This document shows, piece after piece, positions 1-14,694 of a DNA stretch of 64,000 nt. The notes below the pieces were generated by a model. It was not told the DNA's origin. It ran no database searches and saw only the letters and a list, made by a program, of their open reading frames with translations. Both the position numbers and the translations under genes were made by a program. Numbering within the stretch: the stretch's first letter is position 1; the number at the start of each line of letters is the position of its first letter. The stretch is from Phoronis australis (Eukaryota; Animalia; Phoronida): assembly GCA_002633005.1 (NCBI GenBank), contig NMRA01000161.1, forward strand, positions 473,666-537,665, in the 5' to 3' direction.

Positions 1-179
1 AACTATTCATATATATTATTCGAATCATTGGTTCTGCGCAACATTCGTCGTGACGGTTTTGTTGTGGAAGTGTAACCTGACTTCGCGATCCCCTACGAGC
101 TAGTACTGTAAGTAGATTTTCAGTTTTGGGTCTAATTCACCAAAATAATCACGTGCACATTAGTTTAATTTCTAAGTTT

Positions 180-730
180 GGCTGGTTTATGTTCGTGATG
201 TCGTCAGTCAGGCGGCGACGGGCCTGATCGGGTTCCGAGCCACTGGCCGAGATAACAAACGTTTTTGTGTGTTTAGAACTGAAAAAAAAATCACAAGTGT
301 AACATTACAACACACAGCAGTGTTCTCTAGTGTGTGTATTTCACGGACGAATAATTCGATTTTATCACCAAACAGGGCCCAAAACTCTCGCGACCGACCT
401 TGGTAAATTGGCCTACCGAACTTTGTAGGCTACGGTACGTTCCAGTACCTAACCCGTAACAGCGAAAAAAACAGCACATTTGTTCAATAACTCGATGTAT
501 TTGTAAGGGTTTTACATCGAATTTTTAAAACGATGAATTCAACCAATAAGCTGACTCCAATAAGCTGACTCCAATAAGCTGAACAGACTGCGTTCGAACC
601 TCTGACGTCATTGGTTAATTTCAACATTTCCGCCTGCTGTGATGTGTCAGGTAAGAGAGCCGTACTTGCTGTTATTGAGTGGAAATACTCTATCTATATA
701 AATACAAAATATGCTGTTTTTGGGTGGCAT
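180..730. repeat. Dispersed repeat, copy 1 (diverged direct copy at ~11133-11690)
   Basis: Colinear matches such as ggctggtttatgtt..gtcag..cgacgggcct.atcgg, ttacaacacac.gc, cgtaacagcgaaa and gctgaacagactgcgtt. This copy also has a local 14-bp triplication (ccaataagctgact) at ~543-582. Confidence 0.85.
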
Positions 731-867
731 TCTCCTTTAAGCCATACCATAGATTATAGACAACAGATTCGCAACTCTGACATTCGATATATTCTAGAGG
801 AGGTGACACCCTCTAAACATAGCAAGCTCAGCTTCCGGTTAGTGTATGGGGGCACAGAACAGGCGTG

Positions 868-1008
868 CGTTCAGTTGACGCTAGGACCTACGCTAGGACC
901 TAGCTAAAACCTAGTCAAAGTCACGTGTTCTCATTTAAAATGCACGGCAATATCTCACGTAATCTCGCAAAGTCTAGCTTTTTAGCGAGGTCCTAGCGTT
1001 ACTGAACG
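868..1008. mobile_element. Small fold-back/MITE-like element
   Basis: Terminal inverted repeat cgttcagttgacgctaggacct (868) versus aggtcctagcgttactgaacg (ends 1008). No TSD resolved. Confidence 0.6.
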
Positions 1009-1593
1009 GGAGGCAGTTCTTACACACGTCAATGGACTCCCCACCCTTTCTTCACTCTGTCAAAAACTGCATGAGTCATTTAACATTACAACCCCTACAG
1101 ACGAGCACAAAAATTTTGTTATCTCTTGATTTTTCCCATTTCAATCCTACTGAAAAACAAATTGGACTAAGAAAAAGGGGCAAAAGTCGGCACTTTTCAC
1201 TCCAAAACCAAACCTTCCATGCCGATGCTAGACTAAAGGTAACACGAGATTCTGAAAGGAAACGTCTTATCAATTTCAAAAATTTGTTCCAAAAGTAATG
1301 TCAACCAAGTAGGTTTTTTTGCAAATCTGGCTTGTTTGAGGACTCTCTGAAATCGCAGCAGCAATTTCCCGGTCGCTACTCAGCAATTCACAATTACAAC
1401 AGGGGGCCGCCGTCTTAAAGAAGAGTGCAGCTACAGCCGTGCAAGTGATCCCTTTTCGTTCTCAGCATGTTCTCAAATACAAACAAAACACATTCACTTG
1501 GCCTACATGCAATACCTAACTAAAAGTGTCCCCCAGCCTGGCCTACCCCTACGGATTTTAATATTTTAGGAGTGCAAGCTGGCTGCGGCTGCA

Positions 1594-2500
1594 TTTTTTA
1601 AATGTTTATAACAAAATCTTCAATACAAGGAATATACACAACCCAGGAAGCGCCAAGAGGCACTAATTCTGGGTTACAAAAGTACAAAGAACTCGATATA
1701 CAATTATTTTACACAAATACATGAATGAAAAACTGGTTTAAGATTACAATGACATATGATTACAAATGTAAATAAATCATTTTCATACACATGTATACAA
1801 ATATATCCACTTACACAAAGAGATTTAACAATATAAAGAAATTTTGATACTATTTCGAATAAGTACATATTTTCATTTGGGTTGAGTTCTTGACATCCAT
1901 ATAGAAAAAAAATAATTTTGTTGTACAATTGCGGAATTTCAGAATATTTTTTGTAAATATTGGGGTATTGTTCGAGTGTCTGGAAAAGTCGTACCCTCTG
2001 CTCCTTACATAACTCACAAGCAAAGAAAATATGCCTGGGTGTCTCCACAGCAATACGGAGGCGAAATATTATTAAAACTATGTCTAAATTTCTCGTTGTT
2101 TAGTAATAGACGCATCTTGTTCTGTATAGAGTTATTTCATGGTCCCGAGTAAGTTGGAATAACGTGAATGGGACTGGCAAGTCTTGAGTAGTGGTATGCA
2201 TTTTAAAGATAGTTTTGAGAGTGACAATTGAAGTGCTTCTTTTATTTTGGATGGAAAGGTATTCCATTTGTCAATGCAAGTTATTATCGTAGGTCTCCTG
2301 AAGGCTTGGCTGAGGGAAGATGGAATAGTCTGCATATTACTTTGCCGCAGTCCTGTTCTCGTATTGGGTCTTTTGTAGGAGTCAAAGAGGATAATTGTTT
2401 ATGTTGCTTAAGACTTTGAATGCATACATGGACAGGTGGTGTTTACGACGGGTTGCTAAATTGCTCCAGCTGAGACTATTTAGAACCTTGATTATTGGGG
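1594..2500 (-). mobile_element. 5'-truncated CR1-like LINE: ORF2 C-terminus, 3'UTR and A-tail
   Basis: Minus-strand translation gives LSWSNLATRRKHH, then ETPRHIFFACELCKEQR..IIFFLYGCQELNPNENMYLFEIVSKFL, the typical post-RT CCHC region. It ends in ataaacatttaaaaaa. A second copy lies at 34517-34859. Confidence 0.8.
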
Positions 2501-5500
2501 ACAAATAAAACAACAACATAATATTTATTTTAAGTTGTATTGGGAATTTGTACACAAATCAGGTAAGCAACTTGGTTCACAAAATATGAGTGTCAGTAAG
2601 AAGACTTAGCACCGCATCAAATTTGTTCAACGAATAATCTATAGCTAAGCAAATGGACAAATAACATTTGTGCCTGCGAAGTCGGGAAAAGGTGAACTCA
2701 CATCTAGTCAGTAAATGCATGTAAGCCAAGGGTTCATGTTTCATGAAGGTTTAGTCTAGAAAGTTCCATTACTGGCAGGGGGTAATCACCACTATGCAAC
2801 AAGTTACTATGTAATTACATAAGAGATAAACCACACTCAGGCCATGACAATGAACTATGGGCCAATTAATGAACACTCCAACTGAGCCGGGGCTATGATA
2901 CAGTAATCCCAGGGTTCTTTGGTGACGAAATTTTAGGAGGTATGTCAGGCACTGTTGCGTGAAATAAAAGTTAACAGCATGAACAGTTCCAAGACTTTGA
3001 AATCATAAATTAATAATCCTGAGTAAAAATAAGCCAGACACTACCGGTAATCTGAGATCGATACGCCTAAGCGGGGAGAAGTACCCCGCTAATGTTACTG
3101 TGATACGCTTTCGAAAACTTGGCGCGGTACCTGTAAAGTTTACTAAAAGCCCAATTAATGTGTAGTGGCTACCGAGTTTCGAATGAAAACAACCCTACTT
3201 ACAGCACACATCACGAATTTTTGCCGACTGGCCATCAGCCGACCCGCTAGTCGGCAGTTGCGAAATAGGTTGTCAGGCGAATACCGCTTTGCGTGCAGAT
3301 GCATATTCGTCTCGGCACAGGGTCAACTAAATTAACCTAGTTTTGCTGTGTTTCCATTACATCAGTTCACATCGGTTGTGTTCATTGACGCCACTAATTC
3401 GAAGGCTGGAGGCAACATTGGATTAAGGACAATTGGAATAAGTTTTGGATTACAAAACGTTAAAGTTTTCTTTACATTTGATCTTTTGGCTCAGACGTTA
3501 ACAAATGACATTAGATTGGCTGCTTCCCAGTCAATACAACGCCGTAGTCATTTTGTAAACTCTGATTTTTTACTTTCTTCGCCCGCACTTGTTTTTAGTT
3601 TGTGTTACGCCGAACTGCATCTTTTTGTGTGTTTAAAATTCCTCACGGGTCTCCTATTACGTGCCCATGATGATGGGATAGTGAATGAGTTGTTGCACCG
3701 AAGAGTTTGATCCGGAGATTTTATTTTCACGGTATTAAGCTAACCCTTGCAGTAAAGACGCGAAATACACAGAACTTTATGTCCTAAGCCCACGGACTTG
3801 GAAGGCTCTAACTTCGAAATCATGTGGTTACGATTTCCACGAACTTAGACAGTGACATCAAACACGGAATGACCATTGTTGAGGCTACTACCAATTTTAG
3901 CTTTGCGCATTCATGCGGCATAGGTGACGGTAAAATTTGCTCTAGTAGTTACAGTACATGCACCAGTTGGTCGCTGACGTTGTTCCAAAAACAAATATTT
4001 TCTGTCAACGACATATTGACAAACTGTATAAAATAAAACAATTTTGAACGGTAAGATGCGAATACGTGGTGATGAGGTATTTGTCTCTATACTATGCGGC
4101 ATCTGTGCGTGAATCTTTGGTAAAGCGAATGCGATGTCGAAAGAAATGAAAGAAAATACACCAAGGTACACTTTTTGAGAAGCAAAACGTCTGGTGATGT
4201 TTATAGCGCATTATTTGGCCTCCTTAGGTAGTAACTGACGCTGAATGACATCTGGCATCTAAGGCTGCAAAATAAAAATATCATGCTTGTATTGCCCACC
4301 CCCNGAGTTCTGCACCTTCCAATGAGTAACCACGCCAGCTTTGGTTCCGTTTCAGACCTAAGATCGCAGAATCATTCTTCTGTGGTCAGCTGTAACGAGA
4401 CCTACAATTTTTTGGGACGGTGCTTACTCTTAAAAAAACTTCCAGCATGAGAGCGCTTTGTCAGAAATGCCAAGCACATGCAGCGTTGTAAGACGGAGAT
4501 TTTTTTCGTTTCCCTATGTCCACAGAAGTGCTTTGAGGAGCGTGTAGAACGGTTCATTTCGCTTTTCTACACGACTATGGCAAACACGGTGTTTTGAAAA
4601 AGTCCATTTTGAGTGCATTTTCAAAAATTAACATGTTTGGTTGATTCATTCAGTCAGTGCCACGTCGTGCCTCAAATGAAGGTGTGAGTTGCCGGTTCCG
4701 TACCAATTATCATCGTCATACCACGTCATTTCCCGCCAAACTACGGCCAGTCAATGAATGTATATTGTGTTTATCGAAATACCTTTAGGCAATCATTAGT
4801 TTTAGAAGAATTAGTAAAGTTTGTCTTGCATAGCGTTTTAAGACGCATGTTCATATTAACGTCATTCAGCATTTAATTCCAAAATCCAACAGCGCCAACG
4901 CCACGGATATTTGTCAATATTGATATATGTAACCCTCCTCTTGTTGCAACAACTAACTACACATGGTTTCTAGAACGTTCTAAAGTTTCAATTTACGTTT
5001 ATCAATTATAACAGACGAAACGTGATGTAATTACAGAAATTTATAAGTAGTATTAGAATCATGGCTGCAGGACGGGATTAAACTGGAACCCTTTGGTACA
5101 TGTACATCACTTCGGGGCGGCATGTAGCACAAGTTTATTATTAATTAAATTGCGTTTTAATTGCCTGACTTACCCCCGTATCCCCTTGCCGGTTATACAA
5201 TCCAAGGTAAAAGATGATATAGAGTTGGTGACAATGGGTGTGACAAATACAAAGTCAAGACTGACAAAGTCATCCGACATTTTTGATGTACAAGAGAATA
5301 GCGACTTTGTAAGAACAATTATTGTCGTAAATATACCAATGTACGTATTGGTGGTTTCTTCAGAAGAGAGGCAGGCAGAGGCTTTGAAGGCAGAGGTGTG
5401 TCAACAAAAGGCGCCATGGGTTAGCGTGATAAACTTTATCGTCAGGTAGCAGTTAATAAAACGTGAATTAAATTGATGTATTTCATATCATTTGGTCAAA

Positions 5501-7789
5501 TTGTGTAGCAATTGTCCTTGTAGGCCTAGTGTTGTACAGCACAATAGAATACACATGTACTTTAAGAGTTATCGTTGTTATATTTTCCGGATCTATGAAC
5601 ATTACAGCCATTATAATATCACATTAACTCGGCTAATGTTAAACAACAAAATCAGTCAACATAATGCAAAGTACACCAATAATATTTGCATACAAAGAGG
5701 TGCTATTCGAACCAAAACATTCACTTTTAAAACACTTGTAGCAGTCTTGTCATATTCAGAGCACTGGTAGGCATGTCACTTACTGCTGTGACTATGTCAT
5801 GTGAATCAGTGCATTATTTTGTCCTTCAGTCCTTTTCTTGCTTTTTCCTGAGTGGAATCTCATGGGTTGCAACAGTACCCCTGACCTCTCTCTGCAGTTT
5901 CTTTGTAGGTCTGAAAGGAAACAATGAAACACTGTTATATTTGCTGTTGCATTATGCAACTCCCAGCAGCGTCCTCAAATTGGAATTAACACAGGCTGAA
6001 GTGTGCATAGCTTCCTGATGCTTCACATGTGTTGAAGTAATTGCAGCTATCACCTGGAATTCAAAAAAGGCAAGGCTGCCTGTACGTAATTTAAGGCAAA
6101 ACAGTAGCTTGTACATTAGCAATTTTCACTTGTAGAATGGTTTTTGTTTTCTGAGGTCACATATCTGAATTTGTGAGTAATTGCTTATCTCTGTACATAT
6201 GAAGTTGCTGGTTGAAAATTGTCTTATGTTTTAAGAACAAGTTTTGTAGTGAAAATGACTCGCCATATCCAGTAAGTATCGTGACATGATGCTGTCTGAG
6301 CCCACGAGGCATGTCATTAGTGCAAAGGTCACCTATTTGCATTTTTTTTTTGTTTTCACATTTACAAGTTGTCAGTGAATACAGCTGCACCTTGTTGATA
6401 TTCAAAAAGCATTGTTGTTTAGTTCCTGTAATACATTAGTACAGTTAGGAGCATGCAATTACATCTTTAAGAGGTTTAAGAAAATTTTGCGACCAGGATA
6501 TTCTTCAGAAGAAATGGGCACTAGTGTACCTCCTTGAACCTATTTCAATAAGCCACCCGTTACTTATTATGTAAACTTTTGAAGTATACCCTGACTGGAA
6601 TAAAGTGACTCGTTTCAAAACCTGACTCAAATGGGTGCTTGAATTCAATACCAGAGAGGCTTACAGAATGAACACCCAAAAGAAATACCCACTGGAGAAA
6701 CAGCCATTTATTTCTTATTCAAAGCAAAGGTATTTAAACAGTAATGCAATTGAAAACCATATACTGTCAATTCAGGCGGCCCAAATTCGACAAAAACCTT
6801 GCCCAATTCGATGCCAAAATAGGTGAAAATCACCCTTTTAATTGGCACGTCACCCACCCACACCATGGAATGTCATTCAGATACTGAATGGCCCTTGTTC
6901 TAAAAACAAAATTTTGTAAGAAGCCTTTGGTTATCAAACCATATTATATTATAATAACAAAATAGATATCAGTATAGACATATTTAAATATGCCAGACAT
7001 TATTTAATGTTGCTATGTGTATTGTATTGCCATTTCCATTTTGGGTTACAAAATGAGTCCTTGTTTTAAAGTGATCCGGGAACACTTGAAAAACATATTT
7101 CAGAGTCGAGCGCTAGTGGATAAACCAGTGACCTGCCGCTAAGAGCACGCGCTGATGAAGATACCACAGCTAACACTCGATCGCTTCGCAATCAGGAGGT
7201 GAAAACACTCCCATGACGCAGTTCTAAATTCCAGGTAAGGATGCCTTATTTCGATGGACGGAATTTGAATTGTTTTCATCCCCTGATAGTGGGTTGCAGA
7301 GAAATTTAGAACGAGGTCAACATCGAACTTTCTGTGGCTACCAATCGTGTTGACATAAGTTTGAAGTGTCAGAACGATAGACTGAATGCGCGGGATGTCT
7401 ATGATTCCTGTTCTTCAGATGACGAAAAAATTGCTATCGGCATAAAGAACGACAGTGGGAAATTCATTTTGAGGTGGACACCTGTTTCCAAGAATAAATA
7501 TTAATATGGACAGCACACAAACGAAATAGTTTGAAAGCGTATAATTATGTCTATAGATATTATAGCACCATGCATTTTTCATTAATTTTTACTCACAGTT
7601 GCGCTCCTGGTCAATCTTTAAAGCTTCCTTTCTCTCCGTGTACTCCTAGTATCCTTCCCGTCGCAATCATTTATAACTTCAGTCAACTTCTCAACGGAAA
7701 ATTTAACGTCTTTAATAACGATAGCCCATCACTGAGTTTTCCCATGCTCAACTGTCAAATCATTCACTAGTTGTACTCTGTAGTCTCAA

Positions 7790-8500
7790 CCTCCGCGTTG
7801 AGGTTGAGGTATCGTGAAACAACGCCGTCGGGTGAGAGAAGTTGCACCGAATAATTGGAATTGGCTGCAGTTCTTTCCCTTAGAGTACCCAAACTCAACT
7901 GCGCCGTTTTCTTGGCAAGTCACCTTGCCTGCCTACATTGTTCTGAGCATTGAAGACATCGGCCTTTTCCTCCGCTAATCAACCTTTTATCTGCTATAGA
8001 AACGTTGCGCCTGATTTTTTACCATTTTAGCACACTTTGTGGCTCTCAAGCATATCCCGGGCCTGCTGTAAGTCTAACGTTAGATATTTCGGTAAAAATC
8101 GCACACAGGTAAAATTAGCAATGTCACAATCGTATTTCTCAATTCCGCCACAGTATGCATACTTGGAAGTTAGTTTTTCTAGGTGTTCTCCCAAATGAAT
8201 CCACAACAGTTGTTCATCATTAAGTGCCTCAAATTCCTCGCCAAAGATAGTTCCGTCAACACAAAACGCTTCCTTGCCATTCTTCAAAATTTGTGTATAC
8301 GCGCTTGATTCGAAGGACCCGCAGTAGCTGTGGCTGGAATGTCGACAGCTTCACGACTAAATCTACAGCTAACTCCTTATGAAATTCTTCATACTTCAAA
8401 ATTCTTGTTTGCAGGTGCTGATAGTTGCCTTCAATGGTTTTCATAATAAGAGACTAGAAATCCGAGTTATCATACACACCCACTGACCTGCTGCTGCCTT
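7790..8500 (-). pseudogene. Degenerate transposase-like N-terminal region, possibly P-element-like
   Basis: Frameshifted ORFs 8444-8256 and 8287-8027 continue as ..LEKLTSKYAYCGGI..GRCLQCSEQCRQAR..SNYSVQLLSPDG. The Cys pattern resembles invertebrate P-type transposase N-termini; family call is by recollection, not by search. Confidence 0.3.
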
Positions 8501-9488
8501 CCATTTTCACTGGTCACTCTGCTACAGCCGACTTGCGCAATAGCCGAATTAGTGAGCACATTGTGGTCACGTGCCGGGTACAGGCCCATGAGACAAGTTG
8601 AAGCAACAAATTAAGTACAAATTCACAAACCCTTTACATGCACACTTAAATGCGCAAAACTGCTCCTGTATTTGTTAAACCAATAATTTAATGCTCAAGC
8701 TACATGTATACAACGAGTGCGTGGTGAAACACAACATTGACCTTGCACAACCCATGGACTCCTTGCACCAGGACCTTAGTTAGCGGGGGGAGGGCGCTTG
8801 CTACCCAAAAAAATTGCAGGCCTCGGGGTCAAATCGTCGCAACTGACAAAGGCGTGGGCCGGGGCTGGGTAAAGACAAAAAAAAGACTGCGAATACTGTG
8901 TATGGTTTACCCTTTGAGGGCCCCGGCCAAGACAATTGTTGTTAGGGTATCCGTTTTTGCAGCATAGGTCGTCTAAACGCACTTGAAAACGTGCACTTAA
9001 TCATTCATACATGTATTTCGAAAATTCGAGAAACTTTGTAAAGCGAAAGTTTTACGGAGCGCATTAATTCAGTCACTGAATTTTTAACTTCAATAAAACA
9101 AATTTTGCGAATGCAAAACTATATTTTTCCAGAGGTCTCTCTCTCTCTCTTTGGCAAGGGATAACGGACACAACTGTAGCTCTATTTTCTTCGTTTTTTC
9201 GAAATTGTAAATCACTTGAAAAATTTGATGACCTTACAGATAACATTAGTTGCTGCGCATTTCCTGACTTCTGAAAATATAGATCTTTTCTTATTAAAGG
9301 GCAAAGTCCTTGAAGCCGATGGTTTGGTGAGCTGCCTGAAGAAACATGACTTGTATTATCTCAATTTATGACCCACAAGGCGTGACTGCACAAAGCCCTT
9401 TCAAATTAGTGTAGATAAGCCGGTGGAGCGTGAGACCCATGAGGTCCCACTCAAGTCCTCACGACAATTCAACGTTATGGGCTACAGT

Positions 9489-10270
9489 TTACAGTTTTCG
9501 AGCACAAGTAAGTCTGTCTCGGACTGAAGAGATTTGCTTGATCTTGCCCTCTTTCAGTTGAATCAAAATGTTTCCATCATGGGTTCAGGTTCTGTTTATT
9601 GTGCGTGACTTCACGAGGCGCTGACAGCGAGCAAATAGACTGGATCTCCTTTTGGTCAAAATTTCGTTAATGTACAGTGGTCTGTCTTGGGATCTGAGTT
9701 TACTTTTATTTTGGTGAAACATTGCACGAGTCTTGTAAGCTATGAATTTGCATATGATTGCCTTGACTGATTGGGTTTCTTTGGTCCTAGTCTATGAGAT
9801 CTACATATGTCTTCGTAACTAATGTCAATATTAAGGATCTTGCAGAGATCAACAACAGCTTTATCGGTGTCCCCTTTGCGTTCATTTTCTGGCTCGTTGA
9901 TTCCGTGGATTGCTGTATTATTCCTACGAGAATATTGCTCGAGACTGCCCACACTTGCACTTGAGGTCTTGAACCTGGTCGTCCTTTCCCTTTAGTTTGG
10001 ATTCATAGAAGCTCTTAATCTCGTTTAGGGCAGGATTTAACAGTTGCTCTCTCAAAGTTTTGATCACTTCGGGCGATGTTAGTGGCTTTTGAAACCTCAG
10101 TATTTGAGGATCACTTTCACAGGTACTGCGATCTGCCTCACGGACTGGGGTAATACTTCTAAAATCCAGTATAGTTTGCGTCATCTTCTTAGTAATCACA
10201 TTTACTGCAGTGCTTTCGGTGCTAGCGTTCCTTTTTTCTATTTTCGTCCTCCATGGTTTGATATTATGCC
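9489..10270 (-). mobile_element. LINE ORF1 pseudogene (coiled-coil + RRM + CTD, Transposase_22-like)
   Basis: LEQYSRRNNTAIHGINEPE..TDKAVVDLCKILNIDISYEDICRSHRLG, then after a frameshift SYKTRAMF..LYINEILTKRRSSLF..T*THDGNILI; stop at 9491-9489. Confidence 0.85.
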
Positions 10271-11132
10271 TTGTTTCTCGTCAAAATTTTCGGAAATTCA
10301 AATTCACATCTGTCGAGCGAAAGTCACGTGGGCCAGAGTCAACAGTTTAGAATGCTGATACCTAACTGATCAGTGCCACCTATTGTGAACGGGAAATTCT
10401 TCCGTCTATTTTTCTGCCTCTAGTACAACGAAAAAACATTTTTTTCGGCATTGAAACGTTGTTCAATGTCTTCCAACAGTAGAGTACAAAAATTTTCGAG
10501 CATAAAATGAAACATCAAGTAAACTGCTGTTGAAGTGCGAGATTGGTTTTTTGAGTAGGTTTGGTGGTTATTTCTTTAGCATTATTATGAGCTCTATTTA
10601 AGAAGTTAAAAGAAAATTTTAATTAGTTTTTGTTACCCTCTTAATCGGTCCATATCCACATCACCTCGTATACTGTCGATCTCACCTTGCAGAAAGGTGT
10701 AACGTTATCCTGAGAGGAAGCGACGTCAGTGGTTCGTCAGCGGAGTGTGTGTTGCTATGGTGGGATGTATCGTTTCCGAACCATGAAGCTGTGAGCAAAG
10801 CGGGTATATCGTATTTTTTTAACCTTGTCGAGAAACCGAAATGCTTCAGAAGTTGTTCCAGGCAGCAAAAAACGAAAAGAACGCCGTTAATACCAACCAT
10901 GAGGCCGTCATGTTATCTCCGTGTCCGGCATTGTTCTGTTTCAAAATGAATTATTTTCGCCCACCTATCCTTCAAACCATTGTTTTACACATTTTCCCTG
11001 TACGGTTCGGTAGAAGGGGAACTTAACTTCTCGCCCCCCCCCTCCGAAAAAATTTACCATTATTTCTGTGGTTCACTATTCTAGTTGCTTTGCGACAGAA
11101 GTTTATTTTTCAACTTTTTCAGTCGACTAACC

Positions 11133-11690
11133 CGGCTGGTTTATGTTTGTAATGTCCCCAGTCAGCCCCCGACGGGCCTAATCGGATTGCGAGCCTATGG
11201 GTTATAACGAGGGTTTTGTGTTTAGAACAGAAAAGCCACAAGTCTAAAATTACAACACACGGCTGTGCTCTCCTGTCCGTATTTCACGGGAGAATAATTC
11301 TAATACACATCATTCAACAAGTCCCAACTTCTCACGACCGACCTCGCTAAGTTGGCCTATACTGAATTTTTTAGGCTGCGGTACGTTCAAAATTTCTGTA
11401 AATACGTAACAGCGAAATAACACGATTGATTTGTTTAAAAATTCAATGTATTTGTAAAGGTTTTGCATCGACTTTTGATGATTTTTTGGTGTAAAACGAT
11501 GAATTTGAGTAATAAGCTGACACCATCAAGTGTCTTGTGAACTGCTGAACAGACTGCGTTAGAGCCTTGACGCCATTGGTTAATTTCAGGACATCGGTCT
11601 GTCGTCTGGTGTCAGGTATAAGAACTGAGCTTTCCGTTATCGATTGGAACTGCTCGATCTAAATTGACACGATTGGTGCTTCTGTTTTTA
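11133..11690. repeat. Dispersed repeat, copy 2 (of 180-730)
   Basis: Colinear similarity to 180-730 in the same orientation. Confidence 0.85.
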
Positions 11691-14099
11691 GGGTTTTACT
11701 AACGTGCAATTTATGTAAGATCACAGATTACGTCCATTGAAAATACACAAAGGTGGCGGTCCATGTACTAGAGTCTATGGTCATAGACCTTTTCAATCTA
11801 TTGGTCTCTATTGTTGGTATAAAATGTGCACACTCGTTTAATGGACACGAAATGGTGCTAAGGTAGTCATTTTTCTATTTCATTTGCTTTAAAGATCCTT
11901 AGCTAAGCGGTAAGTAGGTGGATATTTAATGGTATTTAGAAAGATCTTGGATAGAGCCGTCAGCAGTATGTCGTCCAATTTTGGTTTTTTGAGAATTGTG
12001 GTGATAACTAAGGCTTGACTCTGAAGCGTGCCTAAAGCTTGAAACAGTTGTCTCAGAATATTTTTGGTTTAACGACCCATGGCACTTCAATCCTTTGGTA
12101 TAACTTTTTGAAAATTGGCACGTGCAAGGATCTTGTCAAAAGCTCCAAAATGAGGCATCCGTTTCACAAGGTTCTGGAGTTATTTTTGGTTTACATAGTT
12201 ATTTTTGAACAATTTATTGTATAGACATCTGGTCCTTCCTAGGAATCAACATCAACAGTGTACGGAGTGACTTTGACTTTCTGCGTACTAAAGCCGATTG
12301 ACAGCCTGGCTCCCAAGCAGAAAATTCTAGCATCCGATGTTCGCAAGTCTTCGCTGTCGTCATTCGAGCATTCCAGTCAACACTGCAATTTGGAACGAGA
12401 GTAAGCGACTGCTCCAACCAAAGAGTTGTAAGTACTTTTGTATGCAATAAAGAGTCACGTTTCGAGTCAGTTTTGGTAATTTGGACTCAAACATTCACTG
12501 GTTTCACTTTTGTTATCAAATGTTCTGAAGGAAATGTGCACAGAACAGGCCCACGGGGCTTACTAGCGGTGTTAACAACACACTGAGTTCTTATGAAAAT
12601 GCACGTCACGTTGAAACTCTAACAACTCCAATCTGCATGTATATATCATACAATGGCCAACTAATTTTGGAAGCATTTGACATTACATCTGTGGTTTTAA
12701 AGTACTTAAATAAGTATATTAGGAAATTTTCGCGCATGAGCGTTTCACTACGTTATCATATTAGCCTATTCTAAGTCATACTACATAATTTTGTTCATCT
12801 AGGTTCGTAGACTCCGGTAAGTGGGACGTCGGCTTTGAATCTGTTTTCAAAATTCTCAGTTTTCGTAATTTGCACCTCTGACTGTTTAATTCACGTTAAA
12901 ACAGCAATTCTCAACCTGTGCTGCAATTCAGTTTGTTCGGTCGTTGTCATGCAGGAGAAAACTTACAGAATCTTGGTCCCGTAATGCCAGCTGCCATCAT
13001 CGAGCGTCACAGACATAAAGATTCCGTTGAGTGAATTCTATTCCCCACGTCAGAAGACGAATACCTGAGAGATCGACTTCAGCGTGTCACCCACCAGACT
13101 GTCGTAATTCATGGACTCCCTGGGCAATCGCCCGAGAGCCCGACGCACACAAGGGACCGAGGGCGATCAACACTTGTTGCAACATACTACCATGAAGCGT
13201 AATTGTCAGTTAAAACTACGTCTTCCTCCATTTCTATGAAAAAATCTATAGCAGTCATGGCTCCACGGTCATCGTAAAAGTCACAAATTTGCAACAAGGG
13301 GTGGAAACGACATATGGCTGCGCCATTAAATCCCAGATATGATACTCGAATCCCCAGTCCTGGTTCAGCACATACCCAATCCTCGGTATGTGTTCCCAAG
13401 CCGCGCCACTAAACTCTAAAACCTCTCTGAAAATGTTAAAAGGAAAGTTCAAAACTCCTGTCTCGACGACAATTTCGGGGAGGAATCTGGTCTCCGACAC
13501 TGGAGATTTATCAGCGGGTATTCAATACAGAATGTTTGGTGTACAGTACGTGTGTGAAGTTAAGAGGCCCTAGTCTGGGGATCTTTAGCGCTGGTTTGGT
13601 GTCTCCTAGGCCTTGCCCGAGGTTTAGAGGACCGTACACTTTAGCTTGAACTAAGTGGCGCGGTCAAAGAATCGTTCTCACCCCGTGTAAAAATCGTTAT
13701 TTATTGGGTAGTTCGACAACTAACATTTAGTACAAGAAGAAAACAGAGCAACTAAAGGTAATTTAAAGCATTGTAATTAAGTGCTTACAGCAGATTTAAA
13801 CATTTATAACTGAAGTAATTGTATCCAAATGGACATCTGAAACGTCAACAGCCTAAACAAATTAAGTAAAACAAAAACTAACTCAATATTGTTGTGGAAC
13901 AAAGACATCAAATATGTATAGGTTTTGTGGAATGTAACTCGCTTCAGTGACACTTGAATAACCTTTTTACGGGTAAAGTAGACAGTTATCATACCAGCTT
14001 CGACAATGAGGTTCTGACTAGTCGTGTCTCAGATAACTGCGGCATTTCTGCTAACTAATCCAAACAGAGCCTACTTAATACCTGTCACATTTCCAATAG

Positions 14100-14620
14100 C
14101 GAACTCGTGAGAGAAGTGGATTTGAAATCTGAAAAACTGTGATAAGGTTTGTCTAACGGGACAGAGTCTTTTCTATTTCAATCAGTTGAAATGACGAAAG
14201 CCTGAGACAACTGGAAGCAAATGTAGAAAATAAAGTCGAAGACCTTGGAAAAAGGTCAAGTCAGGACAACCTTGTCTTTGCATGAACTTCTCAAGGTGGA
14301 AGCCATTAAATTGTAGGGAAATTGAACAAGTTGTCGAAGAGCCCACTAAACATGTAATTCAATATCTAGACCTTACATACGCCCAAAGGAGAAAAAAAAC
14401 AAAATCTAAGACGTGATCCTATACGGGGAATTGAATCACTATGCGGTTCGGGGTAACAAAGCGTAGAGTAGTCCCATTGCTCAGAACGAGAGTGTGAGAT
14501 TAGCAAGGATCAGCGACTCGCTTCATGCTGAAAGGGATCCAGAAGAAAAAAAAGGCCAATATCTCTTTCGATAAAATAACGCGACAAACTTAATGGTACA
14601 GAGAATTTTTGTAAAAAGTG
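14100..14620 (+). mobile_element. Degenerate LINE ORF1 remnant
   Basis: LRQLEANVENKVEDLGKRSSQDNLVF at ~14202-14280 resembles DLENRSRRDNLVF; FDK-like motif near 14567. Confidence 0.6.
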
Positions 14621-14654
14621 CGCCCCGACATAGGCTCATGGTCCGGTAATAGGC

Positions 14655-14694
14655 CACTATTCCGAAGGTTCACTACTCCGAAGGTTCACCACTC
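14655..14694. repeat. 16-bp tandem repeat (cacta.tccgaaggtt) x2.5
   Basis: Units start at 14655, 14671 and 14687. Confidence 0.8.
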
